This document shows positions 1-13,540 of a stretch of DNA of 64,000 bases, one piece after another. The translations under genes were made by a program, and so were the position numbers. The notes under the pieces were generated by a model. That model was not told the origin of the DNA. It worked only from the letters and a program-made list of their open reading frames with translations, and ran no database searches. Source of the stretch: Schizochytrium sp. TIO01 (Eukaryota; Protista; Bigyra: Labyrinthulomycetes); assembly GCA_004764695.1 (NCBI GenBank), contig SMSO01000008.1, positions 1,014,296 to 1,078,295 of the forward strand. The letters are read 5' to 3'. Within the stretch, counting starts at the first letter, position 1. Each line of letters opens with the position of its first letter.

Positions 1-3000
1 CTACTCATGATGGCTCGGGGTGGAAATACCTAGGTGGGTATCACATCCCATTCCTTGCAGCAAGCAACAAGAGATATCGCGAACAGACGGCTTCTTCTTT
101 ATGTAGGCTTTTTATCTGACTTTTTATTGGTACGTACAACAAAAATATTTATCAGAAACAACAGAAAGTAAAATTGTAGGAAACTATACACTGAACTCGT
201 GCACGGACTTCCTTTTCTTTCTTTTTGCCGGAGTATTCACTTAAAGTTTTAGAAATAGAATAGTTTAAAGTCATTTTTTATTTTAGTAAAGTGCGAAATT
301 AAAAATAAATGGTCGCATTCTGTTGTTCTGTATCTATTGCTCTTTCTTTTTTCCAACTATCTTTCACTCAAGGGAGCGAAAGACGGGACTAAAATAATGC
401 TACGTTTAGGATTCAGGATAGTCCACCGACAAAAAAACTTTGGACATTGTTGATATCATCGAATTTATGCGCTGCATACGCATCGGTGCTGTCGGATGAT
501 GCTCGCTCTCATGTTCGTGTGGCCTGATTAACTGCTCGCCTGCTCGCGCGATTGCTCGTTCACTCTTGCGATTCGTTTGCGGCGCTGAGTTAGACAGAAG
601 CAGGTGACAGAAGCCAGATTTGCGAATGTTGGAGAGCTGTTTCCATCGCAAGAGCCGGGGCGAAGGCAAATACTACTCCAATGAATGTGGCACTCTCGGT
701 GGCCGCAGAGTGGTCATGTGATGAACAACCCTTTTTAGTAGTAGGTGCTTTAAAGCAGAAGGAGCAGCTCCAGTTGTAGCACCTTTTCGATCCCTTGGAA
801 ACAGGAATGCAAACGGGGCCTGATGCGCAGCTGATTTTGCGAAGAGCTCAAGCCTCCCCTAGCGCAAAAGGGTCGGCTGCTGCCCCTGCTCAATGACTGG
901 AAGCGACGCGACTCGTGCTCCGGGAACTGCTCTCTGGCGTTGCTTGCTGCTCGCAAGCTGCGACGGCTACGGCTGTTTTTGCATATTTTGCAAAGATGGA
1001 TAAATAGAAACCACCAAACTGACTGACTTACTGACTACTGACTGACTGCACTTCTCTAACAAATAAACGATGTGGCTGAATCACTCAGTGACCGACTGAT
1101 CTGATCAAGCAAGAGCTCGTGGATCAGGCGATTACTGAAGGCGTGCCACCTCCTCCTTGTCGTGAACTAAGTCGTGAAACTGCATCCCTGCCCGCATACC
1201 TCGCGAGGAGGTAAGCTACAAGCTCAAGAAGCTTGGCCCAACTCCATGGGAAACAGTGAGTGCGAATTTAAGAAAGAAAGAAAATTTAAAAAAGCTTGCC
1301 TCTTTCCTCTGTACACAGTTTTTTTCTTTCTTTAATAGATTAAAACTGTTCAACTTGGAAGCAAAATTATGTATAGATGACCAAAAAAATTATAGGAAGG
1401 CATTTTTTATTCAATGTTTAATTTTAAGAATAAAATTGATAATAAATATATATATGTAAAAAGGTACTGAAAAGAAGAAAAACAATTGAAACAACTTTTT
1501 TAATGAGGTTGTTGCCGTGAGCCAACTGAGTTTTCGCTAGTTAAAGGATAAGGATGCTGGAGCGCAAGCCTGATGTTCGGCGTAGTGCGGGCTGTCGATC
1601 ATGCCTAGTGTTATCCTAATAATACATCAAAGAAAAGAAAAACCTGGCTTGTCTTGAATCCTGAATCTAATTTAATTTGGGAAAACCCATTAGGCATCTT
1701 TGTAGCAGTGTTCTAGCTATTCTTCCATGCAACTTTTTGTAGCAAGCGCGACGACGGCGCTGCACCATTTAGAGATGATGACTTCAAAAGCAATCCTAAG
1801 CATGCTACGACAGGGCCACCATGTTTTCCTTGCAGGGATAATAAGACTTTATACAGTTTAAAGCAATACCATCAGCGTTTAGTTCCGCCGAGAGAGACTT
1901 TGCCAGGGACATTGAAGATTTCATGAAACATGGATTTCGGATGTGGATCCATCTAATCCTTTCATGAGAGTCTCGAGACTGTAGTAGCATTTTCACGCAG
2001 ATAAAGTACGCGTTGGCTGCTACGGATCAAATTCAACTCGAGGCGGCCCGTATGATAAATGCGGGCGTCGGCAGATATATACTGCTAGCCTAAGATGATT
2101 TGTCAACTACGTTTCAATCTACTACCAGTATCGAATAAGTTCCGACGATACCACGGGGCCGCGCACTGTGCTTAGTAGATAGAATTCTTTTTCTCCTCTT
2201 GAAGTTTCATCTCTTTTGTTCTTCCCAAAGGATCCAACGCAATGACAGATCTGCCTCCTCTGTGCAACATTCTTATGCTGGAGCGATCAAGCGGCTTTTG
2301 CAAGCTATACTACAAAGTAATTTTAAAGAGATTACTCACTTGAAATCTCAACATGGATGGTGGACCTTAACATTGTTTAATGATCTGCCCCAACTTCTTT
2401 ACTTCAATTCGCTCGAGTGAAGGGTAAGCTTATCACTTTGCTGATATTTCAAGTGAGAAAATCAGATGCGGCATGCATAGTTCTCCATTTTCTTCCCATC
2501 CATTGATGATGCTTCATGCTACAGAGCAAAGGACTGCCATTCTCTCCATAGCACCGCCAAACAACACAATGCAGGCCGATTGATTGCTATAGATCAATCC
2601 CACTTAAGGTATACGAGGATGCTCTTGTTTGAAAAGAGCCCCTGCTATGTCAAGTGGTATATGAGCCCCTCTTGTCCCCCCATTCACAAAAAGCTTGTTG
2701 CCCGAGTTTCTGCGTCCTCTCGGCTGGCGAGCTACTTGCTACAACTATGTGATTGATGCTACAACTTTTCCTCCGCTGCTGCCAGTCGCAACCCCTTTGC
2801 ATGCTCGTTGTTTTGCTGCTGTTAGACGCTATTCAATGCAACTAACCTCTAGGTTGATTTTTGTAGTTTCAAGATTTTAAAAAAGGCATCATGACACAAC
2901 AATCTGCAAACCATCTGGTTCTCTTCAGGGAATCAAGAACAATCAGCTTGGTTAAACGCAGAGCAAGCTTGAGCCGCCAGCGGCAAAGGGGGCTGGCTGG

Positions 3001-4890
3001 CTGGCTGGCTGGCTATGGCTTGCCGATTGCTCAAGTCGTCTGGCGAACCAGAAAGTTGGGAGTCATTTGGCTGCCAGGCAGACCGGACGCGCGAGCACCT
3101 ACGATTCGCAAATGGCGGTTTCCACAAGTGTCCACGACGGCACAGGGCCAGGGTCTTTTGCATTGCCTCTTCGCCGTGAGTCGTGACTCATGAGCCTTCG
3201 CCGTCGTAGGACCGTGATCTTCTCATGTTTACATTTCTCTTTTCTGTCCACTCGAAGTGCTACTTACTAGCCGCAAGTTACTCATAATACTTGTTGGGCA
3301 TGATAGATAAGATATACGTGTAGGTAGGGTTGGCTGAGGATGAAGTGGCAGTGGAATAGTTTTTATTCATCCCTCCCATGCCCAACTCATGGGAAATGTG
3401 GATATCAGAGCGATGCCCATTCTCAGGATGTTTCGTCCGTAGATAATATAAACATCTTCTGAGTTTTTCATCTTATTACCATCATTACTCAAAGTTTATT
3501 TCCAGTTATTTTTATTTTATTTTTTAATTAATTTTTAAAAAAGTGATTTTTATCCTTTCTTTCTTAGACTTTTTAATACTATTAGTTTTCTTTTAAAATG
3601 AAAATGAAAAAGCTGCATAAATAGCTCCTTTCACAAAACAGATGAGGCCAGTCTAGGGAAGTCTTGGATGTAGCAGTTGTGCAGGCCTTCCAAACGCCAG
3701 CAGCGCAGACAATAATGAGGGTCTGGCGATTATAATGCTTGATTTAAAGAATGAAAGTCGCTCCTTCAGTTAGTATATGAGGTTTTCAAGACAAAGCGGG
3801 CTTCTTTCTGTCGCTTCTGTCCTTCGCTTCTGTGCTTTTACCGTGGATCCGGGAGGCTCTTGGGTCTTCACTGCTTGTCTGTGGTTTATGGAGCGTTAGT
3901 TAGCCATCCACTTAGCTGCTTGTCTCAGTCTCTCAATCCGCTGATCTTCAGGTACTTGCTTACCGCCAATGTCCGGAGCATAATTGCGATAGTGACTTAA
4001 CCCCAGACGCCGTCGAGCCGAGCCGGACAGTCATCTAATCAGGCAAACACAGAAGAGATGGCTCAAAGCTTTTCCTCGATATGCCTTGGGTGTTAAGTGG
4101 AAAGGAAAACATAAAGACAGGTTCGTCGCCCACCCAAAAAAACTGCGACTCTTGGAACTCCCATTTTGAGAAAGCTGGAGGAGACACAATAAAGGAGTAG
4201 CTCTGCCGAGAAGCCTCCACGTTTCCTATTATAATTTCTCCTGAAAAGTTTATTTTGATTGGATAAAGCCTATGAATTGATTTGCTCGCGGTGCCTAAGG
4301 CTTATTTAGTGAGGTTAGAAAAAGCGCATTTCTGCCACGAGTGCTTTCCTTATTTTGTCATTGGCGTTGCTTTCATTTACTGCTACAATCTCCAAACTGT
4401 ATTATTTTATTTTTATTTTTATTTTGAATATATATGAAAAATTATATATATTCTCAACATATGTATTTTTTAATGAAGAATTAATTTATTATAAGCGTTG
4501 GGGCATGATGTTAAACTAAAAAATGCTTGGAGCAAGAGCGAGCAGAGGCGAGCAAGGCGAGCATGTTTCTATGTTTGGGTAATGTGAACCATCCCCCAAT
4601 TGCAGCAGAGGGGAGAGAAATTGAAGTGCTACCGTGCTACCAATACTCCCAAAGCGCTTGCAGCATACCTCCTTTGATTGAATGAATTCTTCACTTCGGA
4701 CATGCCGTATGCCGAAATGGAAATAGGGAGAATGGACCATTAGAAATGTTTTGTATGATGATTATCATTTTAACTGAAGCCATTACTCTGCTTTTAAAAT
4801 TTAATTAGTAGATGTATGTATCATTTTGAAAGAAACTATATAAACGTAGCAGAAAAGCAAGAGTTGCAAAATGATTTATTTATTTATCTC

Positions 4891-4893
4891 CTC

Positions 4894-4952
<59 letters not shown>
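4891..4952. repeat. Compound microsatellite (TCTG)n(TC)n
   Basis: Directly visible, about 500 bp upstream of the 5427 CDS. Confidence 0.9.
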
Positions 4953-5426
4953 GTGTTTAAAATAAAAACATAAATAAAAACATAAATAAAATTGTAACTT
5001 TAACTTTAAAAGGGAGAAGGAAGTAGAGAGTTGACGTGAGTGAAGGTCACCAGTTAACGCAAGACTTCTTTTTCCCTTCACGTTGTTTGTTTTTCTTTCT
5101 CTCTCTGTTTCTGGGGGGTCGCCGTCTATTTTCTAATTGCCTAGACGTCCTTAAGAGGTACTAGGCTCTAGGATAAACATTTTCTGCCGAACGAGCAGGG
5201 CGCGAGCAGGAGCCGAAAAAAGAGGCTTCGCTTGGCAAAGCAAACCCGAAACCAAGGTCACCCCAAACAACAATCAAAAGCAAAAGCACAATCTGCAAAG
5301 TCAAGGTCTCGTACCCTGGAGCAAGCCTTTCGCTAAAAAAATAAAAAGAGAAGATCTTGCAGTAGTCAAGTCACATTCCCTTCTTGCATTTCGACTCCGC
5401 ACTAAGGAGGGAGCGACCCCAAGCTA

Positions 5427-6764
5427 ATGCTACAGAACACCAACGTAGCACCACGCAGCGAGAGTGATAGCTCTGGCAGTGACAGCAACAGCAACAGCAT
5501 TGTTATCGAAAGAATGATTGAGGAAACCCAAAGCGCCCCGCACGAGGACGTGCAGCAGATCTTGGAAAGGGGCGAACCTCGCCGCGCCAAGAGCACCACT
5601 GGCATGCGCATGACCGTGTCTGAGGCCGAGGAGCACCGTCCCCAAGCCCTCCGCAATGTGCAAAACTTCAGCAACCTCCCGGGCAAAATCACCTCGATGC
5701 AGGAGGTGTCTCCTCACGAGATCGTCTTCTACCCAGGCGAATTTGACGGTGAAATCATCTGGCATGCTCGCCAGCATCGCAAGCACCGCTACCCGCTCGT
5801 CGAGGCCCACAACGACAGCAGCACTGTGGCCCCCGCCTCGTGGAACATCCTCACTGTCGAGCCCGGCAACATCTCCTGGTGGGTTGCTCATGTTTTCACC
5901 TGGGGATCTATCCTCTGGATTATCAACGGTGCCTACCTCATGTGGCCCACTGGCAACGACAAGGCTGATATGCTCATCACTACCATCAGTGGCTTCTTCG
6001 GTGGCTTTCTGTTCGAGTTTGGAGCGTACTTTGCCGTCCTTGAAGCCATCAACCCCCGCCGCACCCTGGAGTTTGGTTACCGTGTTGCCAACAAGATTGG
6101 TAAGAAGAAGTCCCAACAGCCTGGTGACAAGAAGAACTTGGTACACCTCATGTCCTACAGTGAGAATGACCCTCAGGAGGAGGAGCCCACCCGGGAGTGG
6201 AAGTGGTTTGCCCTCGAGTGGAATGATGCCGGTGCACAGGCGGCCAGTGCTCAGTTCTTGGGCGCTTCTCTCTTTACTGTCGCTGTTATCTTGAGTCTTC
6301 CTAAGGTTGGCGCTGAGAGCATTCTCGTGTCGAACTTCATCGTTGCGGATATCTTTATCTGGGGTTTCCAGGTTGTTGGCTCTTGCGGTTTCATTTATGC
6401 TGGTATTGTGTTGATGCTTGAGACCCAATACGTGTGGTATGTGCCTAACTTTGGTGCTATTGGCTGGTGGGTCAACTTCTTCAACTTCATCGGAGGAGTT
6501 GGTTTCTTTTTCTGCGCCGTCTTTGGTCTCCTCGACGATGTTAATGGCCGCACCATCTGCTGCCAGTACTACGGTACCATCCTCTCCACCTTCTGGGGCT
6601 CGATTGCTTTCTTGCTCGGTTCTATCCTTCTTGTGATTGAAGTCGCCAACAAGCACCCCATGCCTCCTCCCTCCTTCCTCGTGCGCTTTTCTCGCCCTCT
6701 GGAGGCCCACGATCAGCAATCTCTTCACCATGATGTCAAGGAAGACAACGTTTCTCCCGTTTAA
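5427..6764 (+). CDS. Multi-pass integral membrane protein (YrhK-like repeats; resembles uncharacterised fungal/protist membrane proteins), 445 aa, intronless
   Basis: Long ORF with strong C/T-ending codon bias. Several hydrophobic helices with repeated F..GS..W/F motifs (WWVAHVFTWGSILWIING, FQVVGSCGFIYAG, WWVNFFNFIGGVGF, STFWGSIAFLLGS). The family assignment is from motif memory. Confidence 0.8.
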   Translation: MLQNTNVAPRSESDSSGSDSNSNSIVIERMIEETQSAPHEDVQQILERGEPRRAKSTTGMRMTVSEAEEHRPQALRNVQNFSNLPGKITSMQEVSPHEIVFYPGEFDGEIIWHARQHRKHRYPLVEAHNDSSTVAPASWNILTVEPGNISWWVAHVFTWGSILWIINGAYLMWPTGNDKADMLITTISGFFGGFLFEFGAYFAVLEAINPRRTLEFGYRVANKIGKKKSQQPGDKKNLVHLMSYSENDPQEEEPTREWKWFALEWNDAGAQAASAQFLGASLFTVAVILSLPKVGAESILVSNFIVADIFIWGFQVVGSCGFIYAGIVLMLETQYVWYVPNFGAIGWWVNFFNFIGGVGFFFCAVFGLLDDVNGRTICCQYYGTILSTFWGSIAFLLGSILLVIEVANKHPMPPPSFLVRFSRPLEAHDQQSLHHDVKEDNVSPV

Positions 6765-7375
6765 ATCGACCTCGACCTTCGCCTGATTTTCATCCAAATC
6801 TTAAAGAGGGACAGAGGCGAACCTGAACCCGAGATCGCTAAAACCTTGTTCCCCTTTTCAATGCATCAAGTACACCCGGTGATGGTTTACGTGTCTCATT
6901 ACCTGGTTATTTGATATTGTGTCATCATTCCCTTTCTATTTCGCACAGTGTGCTTCAGCTCTAATATCAAGTTCGTGAAGGAGATACGATCTTCAGCAAG
7001 AGCATGCTCCCCCCTCATAAAATGTAGTTATGATCTTCTCCCATTCATTATAATCTCTCACTCTTCTACTTGCCCTTGTTCGTTTGGCAGTATCCGCTCA
7101 TGTCACTCTCGACAATGAACAAAGCTTGACATGCACCAAGATAGTACCTCGTATGGGGTAATTGTTTTGGCATGAGTTTCTTACCCCAAGTTTTAAAATA
7201 GATTTCTACTCAGTACCTCCCAGAGTGCTATGAAAACGCTAGAACTTATAGGATAACCTAACCTGCAGATGGTAGTGGCTGTTCCATAAATGATACACTG
7301 TAATTAGTTAGGTCTTCGTGAGAGGCTAAGTAAGAAAATGGAATGACCAAGGAACCACCAAGCTCCAAACACTAA

Positions 7376-7650
7376 CCCTCAACACAAGCCAACAAAGTAC
7401 TTCAACCAGAACTTTGGAAAGAACACTTCGGGCGCCTCCCCGGAGGCAATCGCATATATGCATGTGAACATTTTGACCGCATCTATGGCTGCAGCACAGA
7501 CCGTACCATTATCTATGCCAGAATGTCCTCTTCCAAGCAAAAAGAGGCTTTGAAACGCCAGATCAGTGATCTCCAGCGTAATTACCCAGATGCTTCCGCC
7601 GCCTACAGAGATATCGGTAGCGGGGTCAACTGGAAAAGGCAGGGCTTGTC
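7376..7650 (+). mobile_element. Truncated IS607-family serine transposase (TnpA) remnant
   Basis: One frame from 7376 reads ...WKEHFGRLPGGNRIY...RTIIYARMSSSKQKEALKRQISDLQ...YRDIGSGVNWKRQGL. This matches the IS607 TnpA MerR-wing (PGGxRxY), catalytic YARVSS..Q...L.RQ and DIGSG.N..R.GL motifs. Similarity stops at about 7650 and there is no start codon ahead of the HTH. Confidence 0.75.
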
Positions 7651-8101
7651 TAGCCGTAAAAATAGACATATCGGCTCCAGTCTGCCCCTCGCTATGGTGG
7701 CTCTGATTCAGTTTTATTATAATAGAAATCATCCTTGTACACTTTGGAATTTAAGATCCATGGTAAAGCTCGTTCTGCACAAATGCACTTGGCTGTTGGG
7801 GCCCACCTAAACAATCTACAAAGGGAGAGTTATTAAATGGTTCTAATACGAGTAAACTTGTCCTTTCAAGTAAAATATGTGTACGCAGTACCATCAAGCT
7901 TGCTTCAGAAAATTTAACCATTTGCACTCATAAAACTATAAGAGAAGCCTGGCTGGTAATCTAGAACCCAATTCCTCTCTTGGTCTGCAAGGCCGCATAC
8001 AACTATTTCCATATGCTGATTCAATTCTAACGCTTTTCGTGCCCATGATACAGACGCTATAGATCCCTTAGTTCAAATCCAACTATTTATGTACTTGGTA
8101 T

Positions 8102-8275
8102 GTATTGCAGAGTAGCGTGTGCAGTGAATCGTGCAGAGGTAGTCTGACAAGGATGGCGAGCTCGGAAGAAAGAGGACGATATTTATGCTATTGGAGTTTC
8201 GGTTCTGGATACAGGCAGGACGAATGTATCATGACGAATGTATCATGTCGAACAGGAGAGCTATATTACTTCAAC
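8102..8275 (+). repeat. Dispersed ~170-bp repeat, copy 1
   Basis: tattgcagagtagc.tgtgc.gtgaa.cgtg.agaggtagtctgacaaggatg...atacaggcagg...ggagagct...tatattacttcaa is shared with 32122-32310. Confidence 0.8.
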
Positions 8276-9454
8276 AGTATGTAACAATAACCAGAGACTA
8301 AAAAAATAATATCAAGTAGGTCGTCTTGTGTTCAGGAAAATGTTCATTTTGCAATACAACCATTTTACCGAGATCGACAACAGGTGAGTCGAATGGGGGA
8401 ATGAAGTGGTGGGAAATAAAACGATGTCCAAAACTCACAATGTCAAAAGGCATGAACCAGTCCTCAAGAGGTACTAGGTTTTGGATAATATTAAAATAGA
8501 TCAATGACGAGGAAAACCTTAGCCTCAATTGATGTCTGATAAATATCAATTCATCTGATGAGAGGTTTAAGTATTAATTGGCGGTTTTATCATGCAGAAT
8601 TTTATATCGCATCGATGCACAAAAGAACTGGAAATACATATCGTTGGATTCTATATCGTCAGAGATAGAGTGTGTTGCGCTTTAGCATCGACAGAGGGAA
8701 ACCCAGACTTATTAGAGACCTACCGAAAACAGTTGAATAACAAATATGCTAGAGAGTATTTCGAGGCGGCCTGCTTACGTACCAGCTCGAATATGAAATT
8801 TGGGATGCCTTGTAGTGTTGATGGAAGAACAAACAGAGAAAGATGAAGCAAAGATGTTGACAAAGCGTAATGTATTCATATGCAGTAACAAATGCATGTT
8901 CGCTCTTCAGCTTGGAAAAAATAAAGTTGGAAAAACATGTTTATCAAGCGAACATACTAAAAATATTGTTATCCAAATACAAAGTCATAATATTTCTCTC
9001 TCACGAAGATTGTTGAATGGAAATATAGGGAAAGATCAATCACACCAGAGGTTTAGGCGGAGCCTTGGTTACTCGTTCAGATCCTTTCGAAGAGAATCAC
9101 TGAATTCTTGCAAATCATAATTAAGGGCATTTAAGCACGATGCAACATTATAATTTGATTTAATTTCATGATAAATTGAGTTCGGCACCAACGATATCTG
9201 GTGTTAGCGAACTTGTCAGTAGATCTCTGATGACAAGTCAAAGATGTTTTTTCTGAATATTCGCGCTCCAGTACTCACGAATCTGCTCAAATGAATCAGC
9301 AAAGTGTAGACCTTGCTCAAGTTTTTAAAACAAAGTTCTCGAATGAGCATGTCAAGTATCTGTATCCTGGGAACTCAATTCAAAACACCAATCGCAGAAG
9401 CTATCAAAATTACGGCACGACTTTGCAAGACTCAGAGGAACACCTTTGTGATAC

Positions 9455-9600
9455 TTTTGAAACAATTTACAGCTAAGTGCCTAACCTCACCTAGCCTAGC
9501 CCTACCTAGCTCTCCAGTCCGACACTCTAACTAGCTCACCAGTTCGAAATGATACATTCATTCTGCCACTATACAAATCCTGTATTCAGATCCCGAACCT
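9455..9600 (-). repeat. Dispersed repeat, copy 2 (inverted, partial)
   Basis: The reverse complement contains ttcgggatctgaatacagg, ggcagaatgaatgtatcatttcgaactggtgagcta and ggagagctaggtagggctaggctagg...ggttaggcacttagctgtaaattgtttcaa. These match the 3' halves of copies 1 and 3. Confidence 0.65.
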
Positions 9601-10617
9601 ACCTGAATCACTTGAATAACACGTGAGAGCGTTCACCCGTCTATTATTTTCTACACAACCTGAAATCACCTACATAGTAGAAAACTCATAAAGGGTCCTT
9701 GAAAGTATAAAGCAAATTTTGCATAGGATACTATCGTCAAAGACAAAAAGGTGAGCGAAGATAATGTTGGTTGAAATTGAAGTAATGGAAATGGTACGAA
9801 CTTGGTGAAAGATGTTGTACCAAAATATGACTTGACAATTGGTGTATACTTGCGCAAAGGACGCAGTATAGGGCCAAATGGATATCAAACCTGCTGATCC
9901 TATCATAGTACTAGATCTTTAACGGGAAAAAAGAGTACCCGCAAATCACTGACCAGATTTTCGGTTTATAGTTAGTGTAGAGCTTCAACTAGAGGAGAGA
10001 AAAGAAGTGAGTGATGTCAGCGTCACTGTTGGTTGAGATTTTTGAGGGGGTGGGGGTTTATGTTTTCCCTGTCCCATTTAACCTGTTAACAAATAAAATC
10101 ATTTACATCACATTGCCTGTGTCAGAAACTCTGGAGTCTGCTCCCGTGTTTTCAAATTGAACCCATGGGTCAACGCACGAATTACACAGGTAGTAGATGG
10201 GTGTTTGGAGTAGCTTCCCGCCACCGCCCAAAAAAACTAATTTTTGGTCCATCAATATAGCTCGATGCATTTTGAGCTAATGCAAGGTACGTGATCTCTT
10301 GGCGTAAGTCCAAAATTTTAGTAAAACTGCATATACAAGGCTCGCCTTGCCTTGGGTGATTCTTATAGCATGCACAATTCGAATATTTAGATCTGGCTCC
10401 TCAAAACCTCCGTCCTTCTACACCCAGAGAATATCAGAGAAAGAATAATCGAACTTTCCAGGCACGTAAAGACGAGCTTCTTTCACATTTTCAACTACAG
10501 AGTCGAAAACGTCAACTTCCTTGTTAGAACAACGGAGTGAAATCTAAGCCCTTTGAACTTGTGCCTCAGAGCTTCGATACTTTGTACGGCTTTGGAATCC
10601 ATGTCTATTTTAAGACT

Positions 10618-12650
10618 TCACTCGAAAGAACAAAGTGCCAGTAGGACCTCAAAAACCTTTGGAGTAGTTGGCGGTTGATAGATACCTATCTCATCCATTT
10701 GAAGCATTTCCCTTAGTTCTTGAATGCTGAACTCCTTTAAAATGAACCCAAGTGTATAGACAATACTTGGATCACAAAATCGTTTGCCTGTAATTCCCTT
10801 GACGTACATACACAAAGCGCTAACCCAATGGATCGAACTTTCCTTTGGATTACAGTTTCAAATTGTATCCTGTTCAATAACAGCCTTCGTCATCCAATTC
10901 AGGAAGTTCTTGTGATTTGATAAAGTCAATGCAAATCCATCATCAGGCTAGGACATTGTTCGAAAGAAAGGTCCCATGTGTTATGAACGGTCTTCCATTC
11001 GCTTCGTATCGACATGTCTACTCCCTCCCGGAGAGTACTTGCAAACTAGATCTCATCAAAGTAGTTCAATCCGTGTTGCGCATGACATATAAAGCTTCTT
11101 TGCATCATACTGTTTGCAAAACTCTTTGTAGCACTGCGTATCTGGAGAACAAGCAGCGATACATGGTATTTCGCGAACTGCGAGTACTTCCTGCTTTGGG
11201 GACTCTGGCTTGCACAACAACTGTTCACTGTGATCAATTGATCGAATCAAATTCATGCTTTCTTGTAACGCATGTGCGCAGGCCTACTCTTTTGACGCCA
11301 TAGAGGTATTATTATTACTAAAAGATATCCCTGTCCTCGACCGATTGCTCTGATGATAACTTTCGGCTGTGAAAGCACTTTGACGTCTTCACCCAGAAAT
11401 ACGCAACACTTTAGGGTTGGATATCACCACGAGATACTTCCAAATTTGCCAAGACTTTAAGATACCCGGGTAGCCAATGATATCTGAACTTTTAAATTAT
11501 GCCTTCAGAAGACCAGTATCTTCAATTCTGAATAATGAAGTATTCGATCCAACTTCAAGGAACGGTGCGTGACAAGGTGACCACGTACATTGAACTATCC
11601 ATAGCAAACTTTTCTGCACTCTCCCATACCACCTTTGCCACACCAATTCTGTAGCCGCCGGCCATCTTGGGCCGGTCCACGAACCATAAGTATTCGAGTT
11701 TGTAATTCACGATCTCAGTACCCAACACACTTCGAAGCCACACTTGCTGATCCTCCGTAACTTTTGATTTTAATCTTAGACATATGGTCGATGCGCCCTT
11801 CAAGGCCTGAGCTCTGCCTTGACCGAGAATGTCCGTGTTGAAGAAGGAAGGCTATTCGATTCTAGCCGGAATCTTACTCAGGGGCAAGTGTGTCTCGCCA
11901 ATATACTCGTGTAATAACCAAGTAAATGTTTGATAGGTTATCTCGTGTCACTGCTTGAGAATAAACCTTGTGGCACCCCTAACGATGTTAAGCAGTGAAG
12001 AGTCCAGCCTGGGTGAGAGCAATAAAAACAATCGCAACTTGTGAAGGCGGAACTTTCCTTTCCAAAAGCATGGGTACAACTTCATGGCCGAGAAATCCAC
12101 CACTTACATATTTCCCAGTCGTCAGTACCCCACCCACCCATCCTTCTTCTGAAAGATCATTTGGACACCGCCTCGGTCTGGGTGTATCGCTAGTCTGCCG
12201 AGCAGTTGTTTCACCCGCCTTCATTTCGTAGTGCTTAGGTTCCGTAAAAAATAGATCTTGTGTCTCTGTTGCTCTGACTCGATGCTTCATAGTGTATTGT
12301 TGTTCTGCTAGTGAAGTTATCGTCTCGAGAGGTGGAGAAAGCTTTAAAGAACCCTAATCGATTGTCCTCTTTCGACACAACAGTCTTATTGAACAGTGTA
12401 TTGCCACAGAGACTTTGATTTGCAAATCCAGAGATCGTCTAAACTGTTCCGTTTGTGAACGACGAGGAAGGAACTCTTAAAAGCGGCGGGTGAGGCAGAG
12501 TTTCTTCCAAGCAAGTGCTTATCTCCTGGCTTTCAAAACGGCAGAGCAGAAGAGAAACTAGAACAAGAAGGGCTTGCAAACACAAGGGGTCGAGCAAGAT
12601 CTCTCGATCCCCGGCAATCAAGATCCACCACATGAACCAGATTCTTCCTC
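10618..12650 (-). pseudogene. Crinkler/RHS-like P-loop NTPase effector pseudogene, copy 1
   Basis: Minus-strand fragments IIGYPGILKSWQIWKYLVVISNP (degenerate Walker A), IPCIAACSPDTQCYKEFCKQYDAKKLYMSCATRIELL (CRN/RHS SP..xYKEF.K...YMP motif) and MEDRS*HMGPFFRT, broken by stops and frameshifts. Confidence 0.6.
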
Positions 12651-13421
12651 CTTTAAGTTAAGGTTCGATTGATTGAAGTAGACAAATCCCTAATGCTTGC
12701 ACTAGTATCCTTGCTAGAACAACCGTACCAGATTTAACCAAAGTATATTTGCTTACTATCTTTCATGCTGTAGTAGTATCTGATTAGAGCTATGCAAGCA
12801 AATCATTTTATGATTATGACAGTGTTCAATATTTTTTTAGACCGCAGTCACGCTAGGTGGCTCAAGAACAAAGTACAGCAGAACATACATGTATACTTGG
12901 TAAAAATTGAATGAGTTGCCAACTTTAAAAGGTTTCAGAAGCAGAGGTGTGAGTGGTCCGTACTTTTGAAATCAGAAAAGGTAACTGTTGTGTCAAGACA
13001 TTTCTTTTTAGATCAAGACAATTATTATTTTATTTTTGAAATACACGGCTGAAGAGGCAAACAACTTATAGAAGGAGACAAATGCGATTTCAATATTTGA
13101 CAGAGACGAAGTACAGGATGAGTGGTTCGCTAGAAATGCAAGCCCCAGAAGACTGTCAAAAACATTGTTCCTTTGGTGAAGCGTCAGTCATAATGCTGTC
13201 AGTCTCGTCGATTCTGCTCTCTTGGCTCACATCAAGGGTAATTTAATATGCAAACCTTGCCATGCGTGCAAAGGATTTACTCGATTAAAAACAAGCACAG
13301 TGCGTTCCGCGAGATGATAACATTGCTGACGTATCTATCTCTTTTGAGTATGCGCCACCAAAATTATTGAACCGTGGAGTTGCTTTCATGTTGTGCTAGG
13401 GAAAAAATGAACGTAGAAAAA

Positions 13422-13540
13422 AACATTCAACACCGGGGCTTCGCATGCAGTCCCCTATCATACTACTGACCCGGCCCTACGCGACTTTACTTCTCAGTGC
13501 GAATGAGATGAGGTGTTACCCGCGTGGTATGATCGAATGT
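13422..13540 (-). rRNA. 5S rRNA, copy 1
   Basis: Reverse complement ACATTCGATCATACCACGCGGGTAACACCTCATCTCATTCGCACTGAGAAGTAAAG...AGTAGTATGATAGGGGACTGCATGCGAAGCCCCGGTGTTGAATGTT. It is 119 nt, with paired ends and a following oligo-T Pol III terminator. Confidence 0.95.

Noticed and set aside
1-4800. Short ORFs in the first 4.8 kb, and similarly at 43.5-51.2 kb
   Set aside because: No recognisable domains, codon bias or consistent splice model.
5430-6797. 455-aa antisense ORF and overlapping alternative-frame ORFs
   Set aside because: Shadow of the codon-biased plus-strand membrane protein gene; no recognisable motifs.
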